NCBI GenBank assembly: GCA_051313645.2
Contig: JBNRSN020000031.1
Coordinates: 5,766,001-5,830,000 of the forward strand
DNA length: 64,000 nt
Source: Centroscyllium fabricii
Taxonomy: Eukaryota
Direction of reading: 5' to 3'
The notes below the pieces were generated by a model. It had not been told where the DNA came from. It worked only from the letters and a program-made list of their open reading frames with translations, and made no database searches. This document shows positions 11,721 to 28,000 of this stretch, piece by piece. Both the position numbers and the translations under genes were made by a program. Within the stretch, counting starts at the first letter, position 1. Each line of letters opens with the position of its first letter.

Positions 11721-14700
11721 ATAACCTATTATAATCACGTATTCACATGCAGAGTTATCATCGGCCAACAGTCATCTTTAAGGACAACCTATTGTATTCA
11801 AGTAAACACATGCTGAGTTATCATTGGCCCACAGGCATCTGTAAGGACTACCTATTATATTAACGTAATCACATGCTGAGTTATCATTGGCCCACAGTCA
11901 TCTGTAAGGACTACCTATTATATTCACGTAATCACATGCTGAGTTATCATTGGCCCACAGGTATCTGTAAGGACTACCTATTATATTCACGTTATCACAT
12001 GCTGAGTTATCTTTGGCCCACAGGCTTCTGGAAGGACTACCTATTATATTCACGTAACCACATGCTGAATTATCATTGAACCAAAGGCATCTGTAAGGAC
12101 TACCTATTATATTCACGTAATCACATGTTGAGTTATCATTGGCCCACAGGCATCTGTAAGGACTACCTATTATATTCACGTAATCACATGCTGAATTATG
12201 ATTCGCCCACAGGCATCTGTAAGGACAGCCTATTATATTCACGTAATCACATGCTGAGTTATCATTGGCCCACAGGCATCTGTAAGGACTACCTATTATA
12301 TTCACGTAATCACATGCTGAGTTATCATTGGCGACATGCATCTGTAAAGACTACCTATTATATTCACGTAATCACATGCTGAGTTATCATTGGCCCACAG
12401 GCATCTGTAAGGACTACGTTTTATATTCACGTAATCACATGCTGAATTATCATTGGCCCACAGGCATCTGTAAGGACAACCTATTATTTTCACGTAATCA
12501 CATGCTGAGTTATCATTGGCCCACAGGCATCTGTAAGGACTACCTATTATATTCACGTAATCACATGCTGAGATATCATTGGCCCACAGGCATCTGTAAT
12601 GACTACCTATTATATTCACGTAATCACATGCTGAGTTATCATTGGCCCACAGGCATCTGTAAGGACTACCTATTATATTCACGTAATCACATGTTGAATT
12701 ATCATTGGCCCACAGGCATCTGTAGGGACTACCTATTATATTCACGTAATCACATGCTGAGTTATCATTGGCCCACTGGCATCTGTAAGGACTAACTATT
12801 ATATTCACGTAATCACATGCTGAGATATCATTGGCCCACAGGCATCTGTAAGGACTACCTATTATATTCACGTAATCACATGCTAAGTTATCATTGGCCC
12901 ACAGGCATCTGTAAGGACTACCTATTATATTCACGTAATCACATGCTGAATTATCATTGGCCCACAGGCATTTGTTAGGACTACCTATTATATTCCCGTA
13001 ATCATATGCTGAGTTATCATTGGCCCACAGGCATCTGTAAGGATTACCTTTTATATTCACGTAATCACATGCTGAGTTATCATTGGCCCACAGGCATCTG
13101 GAAGGACTACCTAATAAATTCACGTAATCACATGCTGAATTATCATTGGACCAAAGGCATCTGTAAGGACTACTATTGTATTCACGTAATCACATGCTGA
13201 GTTATCATTGGCCCACAGGCATCTGTAAGGACTACCTATTATATTTACGTAATCACATGCTGAGTTATCATTGGCCCACAGGCATCTGGAAGGAATACCT
13301 TTTATATTCACGTAATCACATGCTGAGTTATCATTGGCCCACAGGCATCTGGAAGGACTACCTATTATATTCACGTAATCACATGCTGAATTATCATTGG
13401 ACCAAAGGCATCTGTAAGGACTACCTATTATATTCACGTAATCACATGTTGAGTTATCATTGGCCCACAGGCATCTGTAAGGACTACCTATTATATTCAC
13501 GTAATCACATGCTGAGTTATCATTGGCCCACAGGCATCTGGAAGGACTACCTATTATATTCATGTAATCACATGCTGAATTATCATTGGAACAAAGGCAT
13601 CTGTAAGTACTACTATTGTATTCACGTAATCAAATGCTGAGTTATCATTGGCCCACAGGCATCTGCAAGAACTACCTATTATATTTACGTAATCAGATGC
13701 TGAGTTATCATTGGCCCACAGGCATCTGTAAGGATTACCTTTTATATTCACGTAATCACATGCTGAATTATTATTGGCCCACAGGCATCAGTAAGGACTA
13801 CCTATTATATTCTCGTAATCACATGCTGAGTTATCATTGGCCCACAGGCATCTGTAAGGACTACCTATTATATTCATGTATTCACATGCAGAGTTATCAT
13901 CGGCCAACAGTCATCTGTAAGGACAACCTATTGTATTCAAGTAATCACATGCTGAGTTATCATTGGCCCACAGGCATCTGTAAGGACTACCTATTATATT
14001 CACGTAATCACATGCTGAGTTATCGTTGGCCCACAGGCATCTGTAAGGACTACCTATTATATTCACGTAATCACATGCTGAGTTATCATTGGCCCACAGG
14101 TATCTGTAAGGACTACCTATTATATTCACGTAATCACATGCTGAGTTATCTTTGGCCCACAGGCTTCTGGAAGGACTACCTATTATATTCACGTAATCAC
14201 ATGCTGAATTATCATTGGCCCACAGGCATCTGTAAGGACTACCTATTATATTCACGTAATCACATGTTGAGTTATCATTGGCCCACAGGCATCTGTAAGG
14301 ACTACCTATTATATTCACGTAATCACATGCTGAATTATGATTGGCCCACAGGCATCTGGAAGGACTACCTATTATATTCACGTAATCACATGCTGAGTTA
14401 TCAGTGGCCACAGGCATCTGTAAGGACAACCTTTTATATTCACGTAATCACATGCTGAGTTATCATTGGCCCACAGGCATCTTTAAGGACTACCTATGAT
14501 ATTCACGTAATCAATTGCTGAGTTATCATTGGCCTGCAGGCATATGTAAGGACTGCCTATTATATTAACGTAATCACATGCTGAGTTATCATTGCCCCAC
14601 AGGCATCTGTAAGGACTACCTATTCACGTATTCACATGTTGAGTTATCATTGGCCCACAGGCATCTGTAAGGAATACCTATTATATTCGCGTAATCACAT

Positions 14701-17700
14701 GCTGAGTTATCATTGGCCCACAGGCATCTGGAAGGACTACCTATTATATTCATGTAATCACATGCTGAATTATCATATGAACAAAGGCATCTGTAAGTAC
14801 TACTATTGTATTCACGTAATCAAATGCTGAGTTACCATTGGCCCACAGGCATCTGTAAGAACTACCTATTATATTTACGTAATCACATGCTGAGTTATCA
14901 TTGGCCCACAGGCATCTGGAAGGACTACATATTATATTCAGGTAATCACATGCCGAGTTATCATTGGCCCACAGGCATCTGTAAGGATTACCTTTTATAT
15001 TCACGTAATCACATGCTGAATTATCATTGGCCCACAGGCATCAGTAAGGACTACCTATTATATTCTCGTAATCACATGCTGAGTTATCATTGGCCCACAG
15101 GCATCTGTAAGGACTACCTATTATATTCACGTATTCACATGCAGAGTTATCATCGGCCAACAGTCATCTGTAAGGACAACCTATTGTATTCAAGTAATCA
15201 CATGCTGAGTTATCATTGGCCCACAGGCATCTGTAAGGACTACCTATTATATTCACGTAATCACATGCTGAGTTATCGTTGGCCCACAGGCATCTGTAAG
15301 GACTACCTATAATATTCACGTAATCACATGCTGAGTTATCATTGGCCCACATATATCTGTAAGGACTACCTATTATATTCACGTAATCACATGCTGAGTT
15401 ATCATTGGCCACAGGCATCTGTAAGGACAACCTATTATATTCACGTAATCACATGCTGAGTTATCATTGGCCCACAGGCATCTTTAAGGACTACCTATGA
15501 TATTCACGTAATCAATTGCTGAGTTATCATTGGCCTGCAGGCATCTGTAAGGACTGCCTATTATATTAACGTAATCACATGCTGAGTTATCATTGCCCCA
15601 CAGGCATCTGTAAGGACTACCTATTCACGTAATCACATGTTGAGTTATCATTGGCCCACAGGCATCTGTAAGGACTACCTATTATATTCGCGTAATCACA
15701 TGCTGAGTTATCATTGGCCCACAGGCATCTGGAAGGACTACCTATTATATTCATGTAATCACATGCTGAATTATCATATGAACAAAGGCATCTGTAAGTA
15801 CTACTATTGTATTCACGTAATCAAATGCTGAGTTACCATTGGCCCACAGGCATCTGTAAGAACTACCTATTATATTTACGTAATCACATGCTGAGTTATC
15901 ATTGGCCCACAGGCATCTGGAAGGACTACATATTATATTCAGGTAATCACATGCTGAGTTATCATTGGCCCGCAGGCATCTGGAAGGACTACCTATTATA
16001 TTCACGTAATCACATGCTGAATTATCATTGGACCAAAGGCATCTGTAAGGACTACCTATTATTTTCACTTAATCACATGTTGAGTTATCATTGGCCCACA
16101 GGCATCTGTAAGGACTACCTATTATATTCACGTAATCACATGCTGAGTTACCATTGGCCCACAGGCATGTGGAAGGACTACCTATTATATTCACGTATTC
16201 ACATGCTGAGTTATCATTGGCCCAGAGGCATCTGTAAGGATAACTTATTATAATCACGTAATCACATGCTGAGTTATCATTGGCCCACAGGCATCTGTAA
16301 GGACTACCTATTATATTCACGTAATCAAATGCTGAGTTATCATTGGCCTGCAGGCATCTGTAAGGTCTGTCTATTATATTCATGTAATCACATGCTGTGT
16401 TATCATTGGCCCACAGGTAGCTGTAAGGACTACCTATTATATTCACGTAATCACATGCTGAGTTATCTTTGGCCCACAGGCTTCTGGAAGGACTACCTAT
16501 TATATTCACGTAATCACATGCTGAATTATCATTGGACCAAAGGCATCTGTAAGGACTACCTATTATATTCACGTAATCACATGTTGAGTTATCATTGGCC
16601 CACAGGCATCTGTAAGGACTATCTATTATATTCACGTAATCACATGCTGTGTTATCATTGGCCACAGGCATCTGTAAAGACTATCTATTATATTCACGTT
16701 ATCACATGCTGAGTTATCATTGGCCCACAGGCATCTGTAAGGACTACCTTTTATATTCACGTAATCACATGCTGAATTATCATTGGCCCACAGGCATCTG
16801 TAAGGACTACCTATTATATTCTCGTAATCAGATGCTGAGTTATCATTGGCCCACAGGTAGCTGTAAGGACTACCTATTATATTCACGTAATCACATGCTG
16901 AGTTATCTTTGGCCCACAGGCTTCTGGAAGGACTACCTATTATATTCACGTAATCACATGCTGAATTATCATTGGACCAAAGGCATCTGTAAGGACTACC
17001 TATTATATTCACGTAATCACATGTTGAGTTATCATTGGCCCACAGGCATCTGTAACGATTACCTTTTATATTCACGTAATCACATGCTGAATTATCATTG
17101 GCCCACAGGCATCTGTAAGGACTACCTATTATATTCTCGTAATCACATGATGAGTTATCATTGGCCCACAGGCATCTGTAAGGACTACCTATTATATTCA
17201 CGTATTCACATGCAGAGATATCATCGGCCAACAGTCATCTGTAAGGACAACCTATTGTATTCAAGTAATCACATGCTGAGTTATCATTGGCCCACAGGCA
17301 TCTGTAAGGACTACCTATTATATTCACGTAATCACATGCTGAGTTATCATTGGCACACAGGCATCTGTAAGGACTACCTATTATATTCATGTAATCACAT
17401 GCTGAGTTATCATTGGCCCACAGGTAGCTGTAAGGACTACCTATTATATTCACGTAATCACATGCTGAGTTATCTTTGGCCCACAGGCTTCTGGAAGGAC
17501 TACCTATTATATTCACGTAATCACATGCTGAATTATCATTGGACCAAAGGCATCTGTAAGGACTACCTATTATATTCACGTAATCACATGTTGAGTTATC
17601 ATTGGCCCACAGGCATCTGTAAGGACTATCTATTATATTCACGTAATCACATGCTGAATTATGATTGGCCCACAGGCATCTGGAAGGACTACCTATTATA

Positions 17701-20700
17701 TTCATGTAATCACATGCTGAGTTATCATTGGCCACAGGCATCTGTAAGGACAACCTATTATATTCACGTAATCACATGCTGAGTTATCATTGGCCCACAG
17801 GCATCTTTAAGGACTACCTATTATATTCACGTAATCACATGCTGAGTTATCTTTGGCTCACAGGCTTCTGGAAGGACTACATATTATATTCACGTAATCA
17901 CATGCTGAATTATCATTGGACCAAAGGCATCTGTAAGGACGACCTATTATATTCACGTAATCACATGTTGAGTTATCATTGGCCCACAGGCATCTGTATG
18001 GACTACCTATTATATTCACGTAATCACATGCTGAATTATGATTGGCCCACAGGCATCTGGAAGGACTACCTATTATATTCACGTAATCACATGCTGAGTT
18101 ATCATTGGCCACAGGCATCTGTAAGGACAACCTATTATATTCACGTAATCACATGCTGAGTTATCATTGGCCCACAGGCATCTTTAAGGACTACCTATTA
18201 TATTCACGTAATCAAATGCTGAGTTATCATTGGCCTGCAGGCATCTGTAAGGACTGCCTATTATATTCACGTAATCACATGCTGAGTTATCATTGGCGAC
18301 AGGCATCTGTAAAGACTACCTATTATATTCACGTAATCACATGCTGAGTTATCATTGGCCCACAGGCATCTGTAAGGACTACCTTTTATATTCACGTAAT
18401 CACATGCTGAATTATCATTGGCCCACAGGCATCTGTATGGACAACCTATTATATTCACGTAATCACATGCTGAGTTATCATTGCCCCACAGGCATCTGTA
18501 AGGACTACCTATTATATTCACGTAATCACATGCTGAGATATCATTGGCCCACAGGCATCTGTAAGGACTACCTATCATATTCACGTAATCACATGCTGAG
18601 TTTTCATTGGCCCACAGGCATCTGTAACGATTACCTTTTATATTCACGTAATCACATGCTGAATTATCATTGGCCCACAGGCATCTGTAAGGACTACCTA
18701 TTATATTCTCGTAATCACATGCTGAGTTATCATTGGCCCACAGGCATCTGTAAGGACTACCTATTATATTCACGTATTCACATGCAGAGATATCATCGGC
18801 CAACAGTCATCTGTAAGGACAACCTATTGTATTCAAGTAATCACATGCTGAGTTATCATTGGCCCACAGGCATCTGTAAGGACTACCTATTATATTCACG
18901 TAATCACATGCTGAGTTATCATTGGCACACAGGCATCTGTAAGGACTACCTATTATATTCATGTACTCACATGCTGAGTTATCATTGGCCCACAGGTAGC
19001 TGTAAGGACTACCTATTATATTCACGTAATCACATGCTGAGTTATCTTTGGCCCACAGGCTTCTGGAAGGACTACCTATTATATTCACGTAATCACATGC
19101 TGAATTATCATTGGACCAAAGGCATCTGTAAGGACTACCTATTATATTCACGTAATCACATGTTGAGTTATCATTGGCCCACAGGCATCTGTAAGGACTA
19201 TCTATTATATTCACGTAATCACATGCTGAATTATGATTGGCCCACAGGCATCTGGAAGGACTACCTATTATATTCACGTAATCACATGCTGAGTTATCAT
19301 TGGCCACAGGCATCTGTAAGGACAACCTATTATATTCACGTAATCACATGCTGAGTTATCATTGGCCCACAGGCATCTTTAAGGACTACCTATTATATTC
19401 ACGTAATCACATGCTGAGTTATCTTTGGCCCACAGGCTTCTGGAAGGACTACCTATTATATTCACGTAATCACATGCTGAATTATCATTGGACCAAAGGC
19501 ATCTGTAAGGACTACCTATTATATTCACGTAATCACATGTTGAGTTATCATTGGCCCACAGGCATCTGTAAGGACTACTTATTATATTCACGTAATCACA
19601 TGCTGAATTATGATTGGCCCACAGGCATCTGGAAGGACTACCTATTATATTCACGTAATCACATGCTGAGTTATCATTGGCCACAGGCATCTGTAAGGAC
19701 AACCTATTATATTCACGTAATCACATGCTGAGTTATCATTGGCCCACAGGCATCTTAAAGGACTACCTATTATATTCACGTAATCAAATGCTGAGTTATC
19801 ATTGGCCTGCAGGCATCTGTAAGGACTGCCTATTATATTCACGTAATCACATGCTGAGTTATCATTGGCCCACAGGCATCTGTAAGGACTACCTATTATA
19901 TTCACGTAATCACATGCTGAGTTATCATTGGCGACAGGCATCTGTAAAGACTACCTATTATATTCACGTAATCACATGCTGAATTATCATTGGCCCACAG
20001 GCATCTGTAAGGACTACCTTTTATATTCACGTAATCACATGCTGAATTATCATTGGCCCACAGGCATCTGTATGGACAACCTATTATATTCACGTAATCA
20101 CATGCTGAGTTATCATTGGCCCACAGGCATCTGTAAGGACTACCTATTATATTCACGTAATCACATGCTGAGATATCATTGGCCCACAGGCATCTGTAAG
20201 GACTACCTATCATATTCACGTAATCACATGCTGAGTTATCATTGGCCCACAGGCATCTGTAAGGACTACCTATTATATTCACGTAATCACATGTTGAATT
20301 ATCATTGGCCCACAGGCATCTGTAAGGACTACCTATTATATTCACGTAATCACATGCTGAGTTATCATTGGCCCACTGGCATCTGTAAGGACTACATATT
20401 ATATTCACGTAATCACATGCTGAGATATCATTGGCCCACAGGCATCTGTAAGGACTACCTATTATATTCACGTAATCACATGCTAAGTTATCATTGGCCC
20501 ACAGGCATCTGTAAGGACTACCTATTATATTCACGTAATCACATGCTGAATTATCATTGGACCAAAGGCATCTGTAAGGACTACTATTGTATTCACATAA
20601 TCACATGCTGAGTTATCATTGGCCCACAGGCATCTGTAAGGACTACCTATTATATTTACGTAATCACATGCTGAGTTATCATTGGCCCACAGGCATCTGG

Positions 20701-23700
20701 AAGGAATACCTATTATATTCACGTAATCACATGCTGAGTTATCATTGGCCCAAAGGCATCTGGAAGGACTACCTATTATATTCACGTAATCGCATGCTGA
20801 ATTATCATTGGACCAAAGGCATTTGTAAGGACTACCTATTATATTCACGTAATCACATGTTGAGTTATCATTGGCCCACAGGCATCTGTAAGGACTACCT
20901 ATTATATTCAGGTAATCACATGCTGAATTATCATTGCCCACAGGCATCTATAAGGACCACCTATTATATTCACGTAATCACATGCTGAGTTATCATTGGC
21001 CCACTGGCATCTGTAAGGACTACTATTGTATTTACTTAACCTCGTGCTGAGTTATCATTGGCCGCAGGCATCTGTAAGGACTACCTATTATATTCACGTA
21101 ATCACATGCTGAGATATCATTGGCCCACAGGCATCTGTATGGTCTACCAATTATATTCACGTAATCACATGCTGTGTTATCATCGGCCCACAGGCATCTG
21201 TTAGGACTACCAATTATATTCACGTGATCACATGCTGAGTTATCATTGGCCCACAGGCTTCTGGAAGGACTACCTATTATATTCACGTAATCACATGCTG
21301 AATTATCATTGGACCAAAGGCATCTGTAAGGACTACTATTGTATTCACGTAATCATTTGCTGAGATATCATTGGCCCACAGGCATCTGTAAGGACTACCT
21401 ATTATATTTACGTAATCACATGCTGAGTTATCATTGGCCCACAGGTATCTGTAAGGACTACCTATTATATTCACGTAATCACATGTTGAATTATCATTGG
21501 ACAAAGGTCATCTGTAAGGACTAAATATTATATTCACGTAATCACATGCTGAGTTATCATTGGCCCACAGGCATCTGTAAGGACTACCTATTATATTCAC
21601 GTAATCACATGCTGAGTTATCATTGCGCACAGGCATCTGTAAGGACTACCTATTATATTCACGTAATCACATGCTGAGTTATCATTGGCCGCAGGCATCT
21701 GTAAGGACTACCCATTATATTCACGTTATCACATGCTGAGTTATCATTGGCCCACAGGCATCTTTAAGGACTACTATTGTATTCACGTAATCAAATGCTA
21801 AGTTATCATTGGCCCACAGGCATCTGTAATGACTACCTATTATATTTACGTAATCAAATGCTGAGTTATCATTGGCCCGCATGCATCTGTAAGGACTACC
21901 TATTATATTCACGTAATCACATGCTGAGTTATCATTAGCCCACAGGCATCTGTAAGGACTACCCATTATATTAACGTAAACTCATGCTGAGTTATCATTG
22001 GCCCACAGGCATCTGTAAGGACTACTATTGTATTCACGTAATCAAATGCTGAGTTATTATTGGCCTGCAGGCATCTGTAAGGACTACTATTGTATTCACG
22101 TAATCAAATGCTGAGTTATCATTGGCCCACAGGCATCTGTAAGGACTACTTTTGTATTTACGTAATCACATGCTGAGTTATCATTGGCCCGCAGGCATCT
22201 GTAAGGACTACCTATTATATTCACGTAATCACACGCTGAGCTATCATTTGCCCACAGGTATCTGTAAGGACTACTATTATATTCACGTAATCACATTCTG
22301 AGTTATCATTGGCCCACTGGCATCTGTAAGAACTACTATTGTATTCACATAATCAAATGCTGAGTTATCATTGGCCCACAGGCATCTGTAAGGACTACTA
22401 TTGTATTCACGTAATCACATGCTGAGTTATCATTGGCCCACAGGCATCTGTAAGGACTACCTATTATATTCACGTAATCACATGCTGAGTTATCATTGGC
22501 CCACAGGCATCTGTAAGGACTACTATTATATTCACGTAATCATATGCTGAGTTATCATTGGCCCACAGGCATCTGTAAGGACTACCTATTATATTCACGT
22601 AATCATATGCTGATTTATCATTGGCCCACAGGCATCTGTAAGGACTACCTATTATATTCACGTAATGACATGCTGAGTTATGATTGGCCCACAGGCATCT
22701 GTAAGGACTACCTGTTATATTCATGTAATCACATGCTGAGTTATCATTGGCCCACAGGCATTTGTAAGGACTACCTATTATATTCACGTAATCACATGCT
22801 GAGTTATCATTGGCCCACAGGCATCTGTAAGGGCTACCTATTATATTCATGTAATCACATGCTGAGATATCTTTGGCCCACAGGCATCTGTAAGGACTAC
22901 TATTGTATTTACTTAAACTCGTGCTGAGTTATCATTGGCCGCAGGCATCTGTAAGGACTACCTATTTTATTCACGTAATCACATGCTGAGATATCATTGG
23001 CCCACAGGCATCTGTATGGTCTACCTATTATATTCACGTAATCACATGCTGAGTTATCATCGGCCCACAGGCATCTGTTAGGACTACCAATTATATTCAC
23101 GTGATCACATGCTGAGTTATCATTGGCCCACAGGCTTCTGGAAGGACTACCTATTATATTCACGTAATCACATGCTGAATTATCATTCGACCAAAGGCAT
23201 CTGTAAGGACTACTATTGTATTCACGTAATCATTTGCTGAGATATCATTGGCCCACAGGCATCTGTAAGGACTATCTATTATATTTACGTAATCACATGC
23301 TGAGTTATCATTGGCCCACAGGCATCTGGAAGGACTACCTATTATATTCACGTAATCACATGTTGAATTATCATTGGACAAAAGTCATCTGTAAGGACTA
23401 AATATTATATTCACGTAATCACATGCTGAGTTATCATTGGCCCACAGGCATCTGTAAGGACTACCTATTATATTCACGTAATCACATGCTGAGTTATCAT
23501 TGGCCGCAGGCATCTGTAAGGACTACCCATTATATTCACGTTATCACATGCTGAGTTATCATTGGCCCACAGACATCTTTAAGGACTACTATTGTATTCA
23601 CGTAATCAAAAGCTGAGTTATCATTGGCCCACAGGCATCTGTAATGTCTACCTATTATATTTACGTAATCACATGCTGTGTTATCATTGGCCCGCATGCA

Positions 23701-25099
23701 TCTGTAAGGACTACCTATTATATTCACGTAATCACATGCTGATTTATCATTGGCCCACAGGCATCTGTAAGGACTACCCATTATATTCACGTAAACACAT
23801 GCTGAGTTATCATTGGCCCACAGGCATCTGTAAGGACTACTATTGTATTCACGTAATCAAATGCTGAGTTATTATTGGCCTGCAGGCATCTGCAAGGACT
23901 ACTATTGTATTCACGTAATCAAATGCTGAGTGATCATTGGCCCACAGGCATCTGTAAGGACTACTTTTGTATTCACGTAATCACATGCTGAGTTATCATT
24001 GCCCCGCAGGCACCTGTAAGGACTACCTATTATATTCACGTAATCACATGCTGAGTTAACATTGGCCCACAGGCATCTGTAAGGACTACTATTATATTCA
24101 CGTAATCATATGCTGAGTTATCATTGGCCCACAGCCATCTGTAAGGATTACCTATTATATTCACGTAATCATATGCTGATTTATCATTGGCCCACAGGTA
24201 TCTGTAAGGACTACCTATTATATTCACGTAATGACATGCTGAGTTATCATTGGCCCACAGGCATCTGTAAGGACTACCTGTTATATTCATGTAATCACAT
24301 GCTGAGTTATCATTGGCCCACAGGCATTTGTAAGGACTACATATTATATTCACGTAATCACATGCTGAGTTATCATTGGCCCACAGGCATCTGTAAGGAC
24401 TACATATTATATTCACGTAATCACATGCTGAGTTATCATTGGCCCACAGGCATCTGTAAGGACTACTATTGTATTTACTTAACCTCGTGCTGAGTTATCA
24501 TTGGCCGCAGGCATCTGTAAGGACTACCCATTATATTCACGTTATCACATGCTGAGTTATTATTGGCCCACTGGCATCTGTAAGGACTACTATTGTATTC
24601 ACTTAACCACATGCTGAGTTATGATTGGCCGCAGGGATCTGTAAGGACCACCTATTATATCCACGTAATCACATGCTGAGTTATCATTGGCCCACTGGCA
24701 TCTGTAAGGACTACTATTGTATTCACTTAACCACATGCTGAGTTATCATTGGCCGCAGGCATCTGTAAGGACCACCTATTATATTCATGTAATCACATGC
24801 TGAGTTATCATTGGCCCACAGGCATCTGTAAGGAATACTATTGTAATCACGTAAACAAATGCTGAGTTATCATTGGCCCACAGGCATCTGTAAGGACTAC
24901 TATTGCATTCAAGTAATCACATGCTGAGTTATCATTGGCCCGCAGGCATCTGTAAGGTATACCTATTATATTCACGTAATCACACGCTGAGTTATCATTG
25001 GCCCACAGGCATCTGTAAGGACTACTATTATACTCACGTAATCACATGCTGAGTTATCATTGGCCCACTGGCATTTTTAAGGACGACTATTGTATTCCC

Positions 25100-28000
25100 G
25101 TAATCAAATGCTGAGTTATCATTGGCCCCCAGGCATCTGTATTGTCTACTATTTTATTCACGTAATCACATGCTGAGTTATCATTGGCCCACAGGCATCT
25201 GTAAGGACTACTTATTATATTCACGTAATCACATGCTGAGTTATCATTGGCCCACAGGCATCTGGAAGGACTACCTATTATATTCACGTAATCACCTGCT
25301 GAGTTATCATTGGCCCACAGGCATCTGTAAGGACTACCTATTATATTCAGGTAATCACATGCTGAATTATCATTCGCCCACAGGCATCTGTAAGGACTAC
25401 CTATTATATTCACGTAATCACATGCTGAGTTATCATTGGCCCGCAGGCATCTGCAAGGACTACCTATTATATTCACGTAATCACATGCTGAGTTATCATT
25501 GGCCACAGGCATCTGTAAAGACTACCTATTATATTGACGTAATCACATGCTGAGTTTTCATTGGCCCACAGGCATCTGTTAGGACTACCTTTTATATTCA
25601 CGTAATCACATGCTGAATTATCATTGGCCCACAGGCATCTCTAAGGACTACATTTTATATTCACGTAATCACATGCTGAATTATCATTGGCCTACAGCAA
25701 TCTGTAAGGACTTCCTATTATATTCACGTAATCACATGCTGAGTTATCATTGGCCCACAGGCATCTGTAAGGACTACCTATTATATTCACGTAATCACAT
25801 GCTGAATTATCATTGGCCCACAGGCATCTGTAAGGACTACCTATTATATTCACGTAATCACATGCTGAGTTATCATTGGCCCGCAGGCATCTGTAAGGAC
25901 TACCAATTATATTCACGTGATCACATGCTGAGTTATCATTGGCCCACAGGCATCTGTAAGGACTACTATTGTAATCACGTAACCAAATGCTGAGTTATCA
26001 TTGGCCCACAGGCATCTGTAAGGACTACTATTTTATTCAAGTAATCACATGCTGAGTTATCATTGGCCCGCAGGCATCTGTAAGGACTACTATTATATTC
26101 ACGTAATCACACGCTGAGTTATCATTGGCCAACAGGCATCTGTAAGGACTACTATTATATTCACGTAATCACATGCTGAGTTATCATTGGCCCACTGGCA
26201 TCGGTAAGGACGACTATTGTATTCACGTAATCAAATGCTGAGTTATCATTGGCCCCCAGGCATCTGTATGGTCTACTATTGTATTCACGTAATCACATGC
26301 TGAGTTATCATTGGCCCGCATGCATCTGTAAGGACTACCTATTATATTCACGTAATCGCTTGCTGAGTTATCATTGGCACACAAGCATCTGTAAGGACTA
26401 CCTATTATAATCACGTAATCACATGCTGAGTTATCATTGGCCCACAGGCATCTGTAAGGACTACCTATTATATTCACGTAATCACATGCTGAGTTATCAT
26501 TGGCCAACAGGCATCTGTAAGGACTACCAATTATATTCACGTTATCATATGCTGAGTTATCATCGGCCAACAGACATCTGTAAGGACTACCTATTGTATT
26601 CAAGTAATCACATGCTGAGTTATCATTGGCCCACAGGCATCTGGAAGGACTACCTATTATATTCACGTAATCACATGCTGAGTTATCATTGGCCCACAGG
26701 CATCTGTAAGGACTACCTATTATATTCAGGTAATCACATGCTGAATTATCATTGGCCCACAGGCATCTGTAAGGACTACCTATTATATTCACGTAATCAC
26801 ATGCTGAGTTATCATTGGCCGGCAGGCATCTGCAAGGACTACCTATTATATTCACGTAATCACATGCTGAGTTATCATTGGCCACAGGCATCTGTAAAGA
26901 CTACCTATTATATTCACGTAATCACATGCTGAGTTATCATTGGCCCACAGGCATCTGGAAGGACTACCTATTATATTCAGGTAATAACATGCTGAATTAT
27001 CATTGGCCTACAGGCATCTGTAAGGACTACCTATTATATTCACGTTATCACATGCTGAGTTATCATTGGCCCGCAGGCATCTGTAAGGACTATCTATTAT
27101 ATTCACGTAATCACATGCTGAGTTATCATTGGCCACAGGCATCTGTAAAGACTACCTATTATATTCACGTAATCACATGCTGAGTTATCATTGGCACACA
27201 GGCATCTGTAAGGACTACCTTTTATATTCACATAATCACATGCTGAATTATCATTGACCCACAGGCATCTGTAAGGACAACCTGTTATATTCACGTAATC
27301 ACATGCTGAGTTATCATTGGCCCACAGGCATCTGTAAGGACAACCTATTATATTCACGTAATCACATGCTGAGATATCATTGGCCCACAGGCATCTGTAA
27401 GGACTACATATTATATTCACGTAATCACATGCTGAGTTATCATTGGCCCACAGGCATCTGTAAGGACTACCTATTATATTCAGGTAATCACATGCTGAAT
27501 TATCATTGGCCCACAGGCATCTGTAAGGACTACCTATTATATTCACGTAATCACATGCTGAGTTATCATTGGCCCGCAGGCATCTGTAAGGACTATCTAT
27601 TATATTCACGTAATCACATGCTGAGTTATCATTGGCCACAGGCATCTGTAAAGACTACCTATTATATTCACGTAATCACATGCTGAGTTATCATTGGCAC
27701 ACAGGCATCTGTAAGGACTACCTTTTATATTCACATAATCACATGCTGAATTATCATTGACCCACAGGCATCTGTAAGGACAACCTGTTATATTCACGTA
27801 ATCACATGCTGAATTATCATTGGCCCACAGGCATCTGTAAGGACTAGCTATTATATTCACGCAATCACATGCTGAGTTATCATTGGCCCACAGGCATCTG
27901 TAAGGACTACCTATTATATTCACGTAATCACATGCAGAGTTATCATTGGCCCACTGGCATCTGGAAGGACTACATATTATATTCACGTAATCACATGCTG

